Origin: an uncultured Fibrobacteria bacterium
GTDB lineage: Bacteria > Fibrobacterota > Fibrobacteria > UBA11236
Assembly: GCA_963716395.1 (NCBI GenBank)
Contig: OY970309.1
Span: forward strand, 2,048,001-2,112,000
Direction: 5' to 3'
Length of the DNA stretch: 64,000 nucleotides
The notes beneath the pieces are model-generated. The model was not told the DNA's origin, ran no database searches, and was given only the letters and a program-made list of their open reading frames with translations. Below, piece by piece: positions 19,737-29,939 of the stretch. Made by a program: the position numbers and the translations under genes. How positions within the stretch are numbered: position 1 is the first letter of the stretch; every line of letters begins with the position of its first letter.

Positions 19737-20064
19737 AATGAAAAAATCAGGGGGGTGATTTTCTGCCTGGGCATTTTATCACAACGAAACTATCCGGGCG
19801 GTTTTTTGCCTCCGGCTTTCTCCTGTCTTGTTCGGGTATCCAAACTTTTGCGGTGACATGAACAGTCTCGGCTTGGAATACTACCGAAGAATTAATGGAG
19901 TTGAATGTGGTGGATCTGAATCGGGGTGAACCTTATCTTCGATACCCACCGGAATCTTTGAAGTCGGAACAGAAGGCGTTGAGGCGGGATGATTTGGACG
20001 GCAGTAAGAAATGGGTGCTTCAAAAACCGGCTGAAACAGGAATCAAAAAATCCGGGAGGTTGAT

Positions 20065-21201
20065 ATGTACAAGACTGTTACGGTGATACTTTGGTTGTTG
20101 GCGGCAATCGTGCATGGGCAATCGGTGTGGACTATGGAGAATCCATTGCCGACCCTAAAACAACCGATCTCCCTCACCTATGGAGACTCCCAATTCGTGA
20201 TGGTGGGTGAGGATAGCGTCGTGCTTACCTCTCCGGATGGATTAAACTGGACGCTTGGGAATTCGGGTACATTTTTTGCTCTGAACTCGGTGGTATGGGG
20301 TGGTTCCCAATTCGTTGCCGTGGGGATAGGAGGATACATTTTCACCTCGCCGGACGCCATTAGTTGGACATTCAGGACATCAGGGACACTTCTCTTGCTG
20401 AATGCCGTCGCCTTTGGTGGCAATCGTTTCGTGGCCGTTTCGCAAAGCGGCGCCATCCTCAGCTCGCCGGACGGCGTCACCTGGACGCCTGGCAATTCGG
20501 GAATATCGACCGCCTTGTATTCCATTACTTACGGCGATTCCCAATTCGTGGCCGCGGGGCAAGGCGGCGCCATCCTCACCTCGCCGGACGGCGCCACCTG
20601 GACATCCAGGAGCTCAGGTACTGCATCTATTCTTTATTGCATCACCTATGGCGGCTCCCAGTTCCTGGCCGCGGGGCAAGGCGGCACCATCCTCACTTCA
20701 CCGGACGGCATCAACTGGACGCCTAAGAATTCGGGCACGACGGTCGACTTGAACGCAGCCACCTATGGCGGCGCCCAGTTCGTAGCCGTCGGCAATGGCG
20801 GCACCATTCTCACCTCGCCCGACGGCGTCAACTGGAAGACCGTGATACTCGAAACGGGGGGGGGGTTGTCTGCAGTCGCATTCGGCAATTCGAAGTATGT
20901 GGTTTTCGACGGTTTAAATTTGCTGTTTTCGACCCCAGACGGCGCTGGCGCCATTGTCGGCTCGGTGGCCCGCGGCATTTCGCTGCGCCTGACTTCTTCC
21001 GATCTCTTCGCTTCGTATCCAAGGTTTTCCGGCCAGTCCGTGCACGCAGGCATATTTACCGCCAGTGGAAACAAGGTGATGGAGGCTTGGGGCCGAGGCG
21101 ACGGAATCTCTCTGTCCATCGGCGGCTTGGCCAATGGCGTTTATTCACTGGATGTCGTGTGCGGTAAGGAGCGGGCCAGTAGCAGGTTTGTGAAGCGTTA
21201 G
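20065..21201 (+). CDS. Secreted beta-propeller repeat protein with C-terminal sorting domain
   Basis: Signal peptide; six ~39-aa repeats (F V A x G x G G x I L T S P D G x x W T); GGAGG SD. Confidence 0.85.
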   Translation: MYKTVTVILWLLAAIVHGQSVWTMENPLPTLKQPISLTYGDSQFVMVGEDSVVLTSPDGLNWTLGNSGTFFALNSVVWGGSQFVAVGIGGYIFTSPDAISWTFRTSGTLLLLNAVAFGGNRFVAVSQSGAILSSPDGVTWTPGNSGISTALYSITYGDSQFVAAGQGGAILTSPDGATWTSRSSGTASILYCITYGGSQFLAAGQGGTILTSPDGINWTPKNSGTTVDLNAATYGGAQFVAVGNGGTILTSPDGVNWKTVILETGGGLSAVAFGNSKYVVFDGLNLLFSTPDGAGAIVGSVARGISLRLTSSDLFASYPRFSGQSVHAGIFTASGNKVMEAWGRGDGISLSIGGLANGVYSLDVVCGKERASSRFVKR

Positions 21202-21204
21202 GCT

Positions 21205-21474
21205 GAGTCTTGCGGGAATTAAGCCGGAATCAAATTGCCGATATTAAAATTAATGGTGCCTTTAGTTTCTCTTCAAAATCAGTTCGCTGAAACTGTTCGA
21301 CCAATTTGGAAATTGAATCATCAGCTTTCGCAATCAAATATCAAGTTGATTTTGAGCAAAGAGAAGCTTCTCCCCCTCATCTCCGGCAAACTCTCCGTCG
21401 AAAATCTCGACATCCAATTCCCGCCCAGCATGCGCGAGAAAATTGTGCCCCAGACCTTGGCACAAATAGCGTAA
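21205..21474 (+). pseudogene. hsdS: Type I restriction-modification specificity subunit, 3' remnant
   Basis: LQNQFAETVRPI...N.KL...LLPLISGKLSVENLDIQFPPSM is a typical HsdS C-terminus; no 5' part. Confidence 0.75.
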
Positions 21475-21538
21475 ACCGCTGGTTATGGCAGTAAAACCGA
21501 TTTTGTCCCAAAAATGGCGCTTTATTGCGATTAACATT

Positions 21539-21560
21539 GGTATATACTATGGTATATGCC
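21539..21560. promoter_or_regulatory. vapBC operator palindrome overlapping a putative promoter
   Basis: GGTATATAC-TATG-GTATATGCC; TTGCGA(21525)-17 bp-TATGGT. Confidence 0.6.
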
Positions 21561-21571
21561 ACGGAGGGAAA

Positions 21572-21808
21572 ATGACCATTGCAAAACTGTTTATGAACGG
21601 AAGAAGCCAGGCCATCCGGTTGCCCAAGGAATTCCGGTTTGAAAACGAGGAAGAAATCATGATTAAGCGCATGGGCGAAATAGTGTTGCTCATTCCCAAA
21701 AACAAATGGGAGGACATTCTCGTCCAGGCGTTGGAATCCTTTCCCCGCGACGTCGCCTTCGAGCGCCTCGACAACGACCCCGGCCGTGAGCGCGACATTG
21801 CGATATGA
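21572..21808 (+). CDS. vapB: VapB (AbrB/MazE-fold) antitoxin
   Basis: MTIAKLFMNGRSQAIRLPKEFRF; GGAGG SD. Confidence 0.93.
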   Translation: MTIAKLFMNGRSQAIRLPKEFRFENEEEIMIKRMGEIVLLIPKNKWEDILVQALESFPRDVAFERLDNDPGRERDIAI

Positions 21809-22206
21809 AATATCTCCTCGACACCGACATTTGCATTTACGTGCTCAAGCACCGATACCTGCGCTTGGTGGAAAAGCTGCGGCGGGTGGGCATTGAAAAT
21901 GTCGGCGTGACGACCATCACATTGGCCGAATTGGAATACGGTGTTGCCAACAGCCAAAAGCCGGCGGAAACCACGGCCCGGCTTTATGAATTCCTCGCGC
22001 CCTTCTCATTTCTTGATTTCGACGCGGATTCGGCGCGCCACTATGGCGGAATACGCAAGACACTGAAGGATCAAGGGCGGCCGATTGGCCCCATGGATAT
22101 TTTAATCGCCTCCGTGGCATTGGCCCATGACCGGGTGCTGGTCACCAACAATATCGGGGAATTCACGCGGGTGCCGGGCTTGAAAATCGAAAATTGGGCG
22201 GCTTGA
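21805..22206 (+). CDS. vapC: VapC PIN-domain toxin
   Basis: YLLDTDICIY, AELEYG, IGPMDILIA and LVTNNIGEFTRVPGLKIENW motifs; ATGA overlap. Confidence 0.95.
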   Translation: MKYLLDTDICIYVLKHRYLRLVEKLRRVGIENVGVTTITLAELEYGVANSQKPAETTARLYEFLAPFSFLDFDADSARHYGGIRKTLKDQGRPIGPMDILIASVALAHDRVLVTNNIGEFTRVPGLKIENWAA

Positions 22207-22218
22207 AGGGGAACGGGC

Positions 22219-22395
22219 ATGCCCAATTTCATTTCCGAAGACGAGATCGAAAAGGCTTTGCTGACCAAGCTGAAACGCGATTTCGGATTTGAACTGCTCA
22301 ATTGCCATACCTCCGATGCCGAAGACCTCAACGACAAGTCGGGGCGCAAAAACAAAAGCGAGGTGGTTTTCGCGGAAAGGCAGGCGCTAAAATCA
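22219..22395 (+). pseudogene. hsdR: Type I restriction subunit, 5' remnant
   Basis: MPNFISEDEIEKALL...LNCHTSDAEDLNDKSGRKNKSEVVF resembles an HsdR N-terminus; truncated after ~55 codons. Confidence 0.7.
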
Positions 22396-22405
22396 ACCTG
22401 TACTC

Positions 22406-23099
22406 TCAATTCCCTTTCCAATGCACGTGATAAAGGTCATGCCGCCTGTCCTTCAGGTTGCGCACCGTGCCGTTGAAGCGGGCCGTGATCAAGGTTTCGG
22501 GCCGGATATCGGCGATGGCCACCGTTTCCACGTTCGGCGTGGTATCGGCCGCGATACCGTCGCGGGCGAAGGGAAAGTCGCACGGCGTCAGGATGCAGCT
22601 TTGGGCATATTGAATGTCCATGTTCGCCACATTGGGAAGATTGCCGACATTCCCCGACATCACCACATAGATTTGGTTTTCCACCGCCCGGGCCTGGCAG
22701 CAATAACGCACCCGCAAATAGCTTTGTCGCTCGTCGGTGCAAAAGGGCACGAAGAGAATGAGGATGCCTTCATCCGTCAGATGCCGCACCAATTCCGGGA
22801 ACTCGGAGTCGTAGCAAACCAACACCCCGATGGGTCCGCAATCGGTTTGAATGGCGTTCAGGAAATTGCCGCCTTCGACATTCCACCAAAAAGCCTCGCT
22901 TATCGGCGATGGCGATGACGAATTGCCCGGCGGGGAAATGGTTGATTTGGCCGATGACGGCTCCGATTTCATAGCCTTTCATTCCGCTATCCGCGTAAGC
23001 CTTGGTGGTCAAATCACAAATAGCCTGGGCATCGGCCATCACTGCGTTGCGGACAATGATCTTGTCTTTGGAATTCGCGAAGCGGAAAGAGGAAGTCAT
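22406..23099 (-). pseudogene. GNAT/carbon-nitrogen hydrolase fusion with a large internal deletion
   Basis: GNAT start (IVRNA..D...GQINHFPAGQFV) joined out of frame at ~22900 to the nitrilase C-half (GVLVCYDSEFPE, FVPFCTDERQSYLRVRYCCQARAVENQ). Confidence 0.75.
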
Positions 23100-23273
23100 A
23101 GAGGGAATCCCGGCTTAAAGGAAAAGTCGCCGAATCTAAAACGTTCGGAAAGACCAAAAATAAGTCAACGGGCATGCGCGCCAACGTGGGTTTTCGTCTC
23201 CGCTCCCGGTAATGACGAAGTGAACGCGATCCGGAGCGAAGGCTGCGGCGGATTGCTCGGACGAAGGTGGATT

Positions 23274-25225
23274 TCAGGGCAAAGGAGAAGTCATCCGATG
23301 GCCGTGAAGGTCCATCCACTCTAGGTTTCCGTTGTCGTCGAAGCGCGGAAATTCGAGGGCGCCCCGCTTGAGAAAGAAGCGCGCCAAGGGTTGCGCGCGT
23401 GGTCGACGCTCTCCCGCGATGACGGCCCCCGCCACGCCGAAGGCGTTCTGAATCACGAAGGGTCGGGTCTCGCGACTGGCCAGGGTAACCTGGAAAGAAC
23501 GTGGCCCGCTTCCCGCGACGGGGATTTGGGACAACACGGTATCGGCGAGAGCGTCCAGCAGCGAAAATGTTCCTGGAGGCAATCCGGATACCGACACGGT
23601 AGATGTGGTCTTTACCGAGTCGGTATTGGTCACCACCACCACCAGGGAGCTGTCTTGATCCACGAAGCCCCAGGCCTTCGCCCGGCCGGAGGCGCGGAGG
23701 GGTGAAACCTTGGCGGCGGAATCGGCGTCAGGATGGGGGCGTAACTTCAGGAGTTTGCCGCGTTCCGCGCTGGTCAGAAGGGCCGTGGGGGGGACAATCC
23801 AACAGGTGGGGATGGCGTTGGATTTTAAGCTGTCCAAAGCGGCGTCGGTCACGAAGTACCCGAAAGGAGCATGCATCCAGGCGGTGTCAACCGCCGCGGG
23901 AAGGTTCAAGATGCCGCCCTGGTTTTCGACGGCGCGGAGCATGGTGTCGGAGTAAAAGAAGCCGGGGCCGTATACCCGTTTCGGAATGTGCGCCCAGAGG
24001 CGGCGTGACTCCGGGTCGGGCGCTGTCGACCTCGTCGTTGTAACCGTACTGGAACGCTTGGGCGGCGCGCCGGACATTGCCGTTGCGGCCGGCGACATGG
24101 GCGAAGCCGACCAGGAACCATTCCGTGTTGTATTCCGAGGCGGTGTCGCGCAGCGGAATGTTCGCCAAGGTCAGCCCGGAGGTGAAGTAATCGTCCACGA
24201 TGTTCAGCTTCGCGCCCAAGGGCATGGAGGGTTCCCAGGCGCAGTAGGTGCCGAAGATTCCGATGAGGGATCCCGGACTGTAAATGGGGCGCAGGTTGTC
24301 GCATTGCATCTCGATCCCGAAATACCAATCGCTGGGGATTGGGCAGCAGCTTGAAGTAGCGCCGGAAATCGACGCCCATCCATCGTCGCTGCGGGACGTT
24401 CCAAGCGCATTGGGCCTGGATCGAGCGGCTCCTGTCCGGTGTAGAGCTTGATCCGGAGGGCCGTCTTGGGAGTAGAAGTGGGCCCAGGAATCGTCCCAGA
24501 AGTCGGCCCATCGGGAGGCGAGGTTCTGGTTGATGTAGGCGGCCTGTGCGGCGACGGTAGCTTCCCGGAACGGTGATTCCGGTGGAGTCTTCGAAAGCCC
24601 GGATGACGCGGGGACTGAAGTCGATCTGGTTCGCCATATATCCCGGCATTCCATCCACGTAGTCGGCGGCGGCGAGACCCACCATGTGGGTGGCCTGGCA
24701 CAACCGCGCTACGCGCTCGGCGGCCCAGTCGCCCCAGACGCAGGTTGGCATCCCCTCGGGGCAGTCGGCGGCGGGCATGGGTTGGGCCGGCGAGATCCAG
24801 CCATAGTCGGAACTCGATCCCAGCGGGGCGACGTACTGTCCGGAGGCGTTCACCGGGGTCAGGCTGTCGTGGGCGTATTCCCAATAGGTGTAGGCGATCC
24901 AGGCGGGATCGGTGTTCAAAATGGCGACGCTGGCAGGCAACGTGGTGTCGCCCCAGCGGTTGGAGCCCGCCCAGGAAACCGCGCTCATCACGGGGGCTAC
25001 GCCTTGGGAGGCCAACTTATCGGCGCTCGCCCGCATGTCGGAAAACTGGGAACTGTCGGCTTTGTCCCAGAAGAGTTGCTTACCCCACTGGGCGTTACCC
25101 ATGCCCCAGGGAATGTCGTAAATCTGGCTTTCGTTCGGAGGCTGGTCGGGGTTTGGAGCCGCAGCTTGGAGGGAGGCGGACAATGCCGTTATGGGAATTA
25201 TGCATCGCAGCAGGCGTTTGATCAC
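23274..25225 (-). CDS. Secreted protein of unknown function, possibly glycoside-hydrolase-like; frameshifted
   Basis: GGAG SD, GTG start and signal peptide (IKRLLRCIIPITALSASLQA); Trp/Asp-rich body continuing through frame changes near 24560 and 24000; C-terminal MDLHG motif. Confidence 0.6.
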
Positions 25226-25309
25226 GATGGCTCCATGGTGCGGGGATGAACGCCCCTGAATCCGCATTTTACCAAAAGCGGTGAAGGAGGGTACAGAATT
25301 ACCGCTGCC

Positions 25310-25403
25310 GGCCCTCTCGGCCGGTGCGCTTGGTTCCCGAGCGTGTCGAGGGTTGTCGAACCGGTCGAACCGGACGAAGGGCATTAGTTTGCGGCGGATT
25401 GAG
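25310..25403. repeat. REP-like module, copy 3 (nested)
   Basis: CTCGGCCGGTGCGCTTGGTTCCCGAGCGTGTCGAGGGTTGTCGAACCGGTCGAA...GCGGCGGATTGA; closest to copy 1. Confidence 0.75.
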
Positions 25404-25462
25404 ATAATTCTGCGCGCTTTCGCCGACCCGGAACATTTTCCCTGCGGTAGATTATCCCCAAG

Positions 25463-26920
25463 ATGATTCAGAACCACAGACTTCAACGCTTTTCCTGGAG
25501 GCGATGGCCGCAAGTCGCCGCGTTGATTTGCGCCTGCGCCCTCCCCATCCGGGCCGCGGATAGTTTGCAATGCCTTCCCCTTTCCATTTCCACGAATTAC
25601 AAGTTCTCCGAGCCGATTTTATTCCGCGAATTGCCGACGGAACGAGGGACTTTTTTGGTGGGTGAACTCGGTGGGGATGTTTATTCGCTGACGCCCTCGG
25701 CCGGGAGCTATGTACTGGATTTGTTCGGCCACGTACCTGTGAGTCACGTCTATTCCACCTACGGCCTTCTGGGGCTGGCTTTCCACCCCGATTTCAAGAA
25801 CAACCACAAGTATTACGTGTATTACATGCAGGCCGCCGGGTTGGCGGTTTTGGAAGAGCGAACGACAGACTCCACCTATAAGAAGGACGCCGGAACCGCG
25901 CGGACTCTTTTCACGGTTTCCCTCGCGAATACTTCCGGGCATTTCGGCGGCGACCTGCACTTCGGTCAAGACGGCTATCTCTATCTCGGATTGGGGGACG
26001 ACGGGAGTCCCAACGTGTACAGCGGAAACGCCCAAAGCTTGCAAGTATTGCTGGGAAAAATGCTGCGTATCGATGTTGACAATAAGCAAGGCAACCTGGA
26101 ATACGCCATCCCTTCCGACAATCCCTTTTACGGTGATCCCGATACGACGGTGCGCCAGGAAATTTTCGCTTATGGTTTGAGAAATCCGTGGCGATGGAGC
26201 TTCGACCCCTTGAATGGAAAGTTAATGGCGGGCGACGTCGGGGGGTATGTTCAAGAAGAAGTCGATATCGTGCAAAATGGACGGAATTACGGTTGGAATA
26301 TCATGGAGGGAAATACCTGCCTCAACCTGAATGATGAATTAACTCCCCTTGCTACCTGCGATACCACCGGCCTGACGCCGCCCATCGCCACCGTGGACCA
26401 TGTCCCCATCGCCGCCCCCCAATGGATCTCCACCATTATCGGCGGATACGTTTATCGCGGAAACCCGGCTTCGCGATTTTACGGCACTTACTTTTTCGGA
26501 GATCACGTTTACGTCAAGCTATATGCGCTAAGCGGAGGCGTGGTTTCCGAAGTCGGCAAGGCGCCCACCGCGATGTCGGCTTTTGGCACCGATTCCGCGG
26601 GCAATATTTACATGGTCGGCTACGGCAACGGAATCATTTATAAACTGGAAAACCCGGATTTCCAAACCTCCGTCCGACAATCCCAACCCGCTCTCCAGTC
26701 CCGGGTATTAAGCCGCATCGGCGGGAAGTGGTGGTTCAATTCGGACACATTTCCCGGGTTGGAGGAATTCCATGTCGTGGACATGCAAGGGAAAGACCGC
26801 CTTTTTTTAAACCGCGAAAAATTGTCCCAGGGCTATGCTGCGGATCTTCCCGCCGGCATCTACGCGATTATGGGCCAAGAAAAAGGCCGACGCCAATCCT
26901 TCCTCATTTTGCTGCAATAA
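25463..26920 (+). CDS. PQQ-dependent sugar dehydrogenase (GSDH/YliI-like) with C-terminal sorting domain
   Basis: GLLGLAFHPDF, HFGGDLHFGQDGYLYLGLGD, LLGKMLRIDVD, EIFAYGLRNPWRWSFD and NYGW motifs. Confidence 0.88.
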   Translation: MIQNHRLQRFSWRRWPQVAALICACALPIRAADSLQCLPLSISTNYKFSEPILFRELPTERGTFLVGELGGDVYSLTPSAGSYVLDLFGHVPVSHVYSTYGLLGLAFHPDFKNNHKYYVYYMQAAGLAVLEERTTDSTYKKDAGTARTLFTVSLANTSGHFGGDLHFGQDGYLYLGLGDDGSPNVYSGNAQSLQVLLGKMLRIDVDNKQGNLEYAIPSDNPFYGDPDTTVRQEIFAYGLRNPWRWSFDPLNGKLMAGDVGGYVQEEVDIVQNGRNYGWNIMEGNTCLNLNDELTPLATCDTTGLTPPIATVDHVPIAAPQWISTIIGGYVYRGNPASRFYGTYFFGDHVYVKLYALSGGVVSEVGKAPTAMSAFGTDSAGNIYMVGYGNGIIYKLENPDFQTSVRQSQPALQSRVLSRIGGKWWFNSDTFPGLEEFHVVDMQGKDRLFLNREKLSQGYAADLPAGIYAIMGQEKGRRQSFLILLQ

Positions 26921-27215
26921 AAGTTGAGTTACCGGCCTGGGTCGGAAGCGCGGGATATCGAATTTCATTGGCAAATCCAAACCCATTTTCAACCGGCAAA
27001 CCACTTGCTCGGCCCAATCTATCCTGCCCGCCTCTTTGAAGTTGAAGACCCCCCGACGCGACGGGCGTCAGGGTTTGCTTGACTTCCATCCCCCGCGGGC
27101 ACGGCAAAAGTTTTTCATCACAACACAATTGTTGCGGTCGACGAAGCCGAAACCTTTGCTGACGCCGATGGGCATGGAGGTAGCATGCGCGTTCACCACG
27201 CCGGGCTTGTTTCGG

Positions 27216-27422
27216 GGCAAGATAAAAAGAGGTTACTTCGTCGAGTTCAACCGCGCCCATTCGGCTGGGTGAGCTAGTCGCAACGGTCGAAGGGCATCAG
27301 CCGTGCCCACTCGGCCGGTGGGCCTGTCGAACCGGTCGAAGCGGTTCGATCCGCGGCAGATTGAAACGGCACTATGTGAGATCGCTTTTAGTTTTTCCGC
27401 GCCGAGTGACTTCGGCGCAGGC
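27216..27422. repeat. Copy of the pcrA promoter tip plus REP-like module, copy 4
   Basis: GGGCAAGATAAAAAGAG matches 3868-3884 and 29877-29892; 27350-27422 is near-identical to 29990-30063. Confidence 0.8.
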
Positions 27423-27494
27423 ACGGATTGGCCGGAGTATCCGGACTAGTCGGCATGTTGGGTCACCGGCACGCTATCCTGCGGCGGAAGGATG

Positions 27495-27657
27495 CGGTGT
27501 GTCTTGGGTTGAATCGGATGGAGATGCTGCGAGTGGAAAATGGAATGCGGGCGGGGGAAAACGGCGTGTGGGGCTGGAATCGAGGGGATTTGGACGGGAA
27601 GACTGGGGCTGGGGAAGGTGGCCACGGATGGAAAACAAGGTTCGATTTATCTGCGCT
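27495..27657 (+). mobile_element. G-rich oriIS-like element copy
   Basis: GTGTGTCTTGGGTTGAATCGG...GGAAAACAAGGTTCGATTTATCT aligns with 36360-36520. Confidence 0.6.
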
Positions 27658-27806
27658 AATTGTTCGCCACGGGGACGAAACAATATGGAATTCTCCCATT
27701 AGGCGGAAAGAATAACTTCCCAGAAATGGCCGGGCTAAGGAGAAGGGGATGGCGTCCTTTCGATCGGAATTGATACAATAACCCCGCGCTGGGGCGTGGG
27801 GGAAAG

Positions 27807-29055
27807 TTGACGCGAACGAATCAACGTCGGAAGAAGGAAGAGGACGCTTCCGAGGTTCGGCCAGCGATCTCCCCTCCGATGACGGAATGGGATCGTGAAT
27901 TTCTGTTGGGAATACTCGACAACATTCCCGATTCCATTTTCGTAAAAGACGCCGAAGGCCGATATCTCATCAGCAATCGCGCCCATCTCCGACCTTTGGG
28001 AAAAAAGAACTGCGCAGAAATAATCGGTAAAACGGTGTACGAGCTTTTCCCAAAACTCTTCGCCCAGGGTTTCGATCGCGACGACAAAGAGGTCATGCAA
28101 TCCGGTGAAAGCCTATTGGGCCGGGAAGAACTCCTGTTGGACAAATCGGGCCGGCAGCGATGGATGTCGACCAGCAAAATTCCCATCAAAAACATCCGGG
28201 GCAAGATCTTGCGCATGGTGGGAATCAGCCGCGACATTACCGAAATCAAGCGTTACGAGGAATCCCTTCACCAAGCCAACGAACGCATGGAAAGGGAATT
28301 GGCCGCCGCGCGCCGAGTGCAGATTGGATTGATACCCACCAATACCCCGGACATCCCCGGCATTCGATTGCACGGTTTTTACCAACCGGCCTTGGAAGTG
28401 GGAGGAGACTACCTCGATTATTTCCCCACGCCCGATGGAAGATGGGTGCTTGTCATCGCCGACGTATGCGGCAAAGGCGTGGCGGCGGCCTTGCACATGG
28501 CCATGTTGCGAGGGGCGTTTCGGGGCGAAGCCGTTGTATCCAATGGGGCGAAGGACCTGTTGGATCGGGTCAATCGGATTTTGGGACCTATTTTGAGTCC
28601 CACCACCTTCATCACCGCCTTGTGTTTGGTGGTGGAACCCGATGGACGCCGAATGCGGTACGCCCGGGCCGGACACCCTCCCATGCTGGAGATCCCCCGT
28701 GGCGCGCGTCCTGAAAATATTGTCTTGTCAGGGCGCCGCGATGGGCCTTTTCCCCACGGCTTCCGAATTCAAGGCGCAACTTCAGGAAATGGAAATGGAG
28801 TTGCGGCCGGGGAATCGGTACTTCTTATTCACGGATGGTTTGATTGAAACCCTTAACCGGAAAAAAGAAACCTTTGGAATGCAGCGGCTGTCATCGGTAT
28901 TGGCGCGCGGATTCCGCCAGGGTCCGGATGAAATCATTCGTCGGGTGGTGTCCGAAGCCCGTCGTTTCCGTGATGCGGCCCCCATTTCCGACGATCTCAC
29001 CTTATTGGCCTTGGAATCGTTGGCCCGACCCAACGCAAAGACAGCTTCACGGTAA
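27807..29055 (+). CDS. PAS/PAC plus SpoIIE (RsbU-like PP2C) phosphatase; frameshift near 28725
   Basis: LDNIPDSIFVKD, GISRDITE, EVGGDYLD, IADVCGKG, RAGHPP, then FTDGLIE...DDLTLL in the next frame. Confidence 0.85.
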
Positions 29056-29307
29056 TCCACGCCTCTTACCGATCGGGGAGGCTGCGTCCGGATATCAGGC
29101 CGAACCGCGGTTGGGCATGGGAACTCAGTCCGGGAAACTCGAAGGTAACCGTACCCCTGGTGTTATGAATCCATACTTCACCCGCAAAGCGGTTCGTCCG
29201 GGACTTTCCCCGAAGAAGATTTTGGACGGAATTGAATTGAATGCCGGAAGAGGCTCCGAGTCGCAACCTGCCGGCCACTTTCAATTGCACGGCGAACAAA
29301 CCGCCGT

Positions 29308-29937
29308 CATAGCTTCACCAGGCGCTCTTCATACGGATCGCCGATGCGGCGCGAAGCTTCCTCGGGTCCCAACCCCTGGTTTGGTAGCGGCTGATGGTGG
29401 AACGGATATTGTCGACGGAGAAACGCGCGTCGGTTTCCAGCCCTTCGCTTTGGATCAACTTTTTGAGATACCGTTTTTGATCGTCGACATCGTAAATGGT
29501 GAAATGCGAGGAGTAGCCTGGGCGCCCGGCGTGGAAGCGGAGCAGGCGGGCGCAAATGGAGTGAAAGGTTCCCATCCACCGCAACGGAGCTTCGTATCCC
29601 AGCAGTTTGTCCACGCGCTTGCGCATTTCCCGCGCGGCCTTGTTGGTAAAGGTCACGGCGAGGATTTCATGGGCGTGGTAGCGGTGCTCTTTGATGAGAT
29701 AGGCGATTTTATAGGTGAGTACCCGGGTCTTGCCGCTACCGGCCCCCGCCAGAATTAGTTGCGGGCTGGGCGTGTGCAGCACGGCTTCGAGCTGTTCGGG
29801 GTTGAGAAGTTGGCGCAGGGGCTTCGGCGTTTAATTCCGGGACGGTGGCATAACGCGCTTCAAGACCTTCCACCAAGGGCAAGATAAAAGAGATGCCGTC
29901 CGTCGAAAGCGCAGAGCGCGCTGCATTCGGCTGGTTC
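29308..29937 (-). pseudogene. pcrA: Truncated second copy of the pcrA 5' end and upstream region
   Basis: LILAGAGSGKTRVLTYKIAYL...TFTNKAAREM...WMGTFHSICARLLRFHA; collinear with 3295-3929 and stops after ~190 codons. Confidence 0.9.
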
Positions 29938-29939
29938 AG

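Larger units (their letters stand above)
17147..19912 (+). repeat. Five ~75-bp direct repeats at a ~675-bp period
   Basis: TTTTG(T/C)GG(C/T)GACAT(C/G)AACAGTCTCGGCTT(A/G)GAATACTACCGAAGAAT(C/T)AATGGAG... at 17147-17222, 17821-17895, 18495-18569, 19171-19245 and 19846-19912 (last truncated). Confidence 0.95.

Noticed and set aside
17147-19912. CRISPR array
   Set aside because: Repeats are ~75 bp and protein-coding, the 'spacers' are ~600-bp paralogous genes, and no cas genes are present.
17147-19912. Diversity-generating retroelement (TR/VR pairs)
   Set aside because: No reverse transcriptase in the window, and differences between copies are not confined to adenines.
20065-21201. Nucleotide tandem repeats at a ~117-bp period
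   Set aside because: Fully explained by the beta-propeller blade repeats of the encoded protein.
11120-21203. Integron attC sites (GTTAGC/GTTAGGC at ~11131, 19071 and 21197)
   Set aside because: No matching RYYYAAC...GTTRRRY hairpins at cassette ends and no IntI integrase.
3864-29937. Prophage or ICE bounded by pcrA-derived att sites
   Set aside because: No integrase, phage structural, relaxase or T4SS genes, and accessory cargo continues beyond the pcrA fragment to 40.2 kb.
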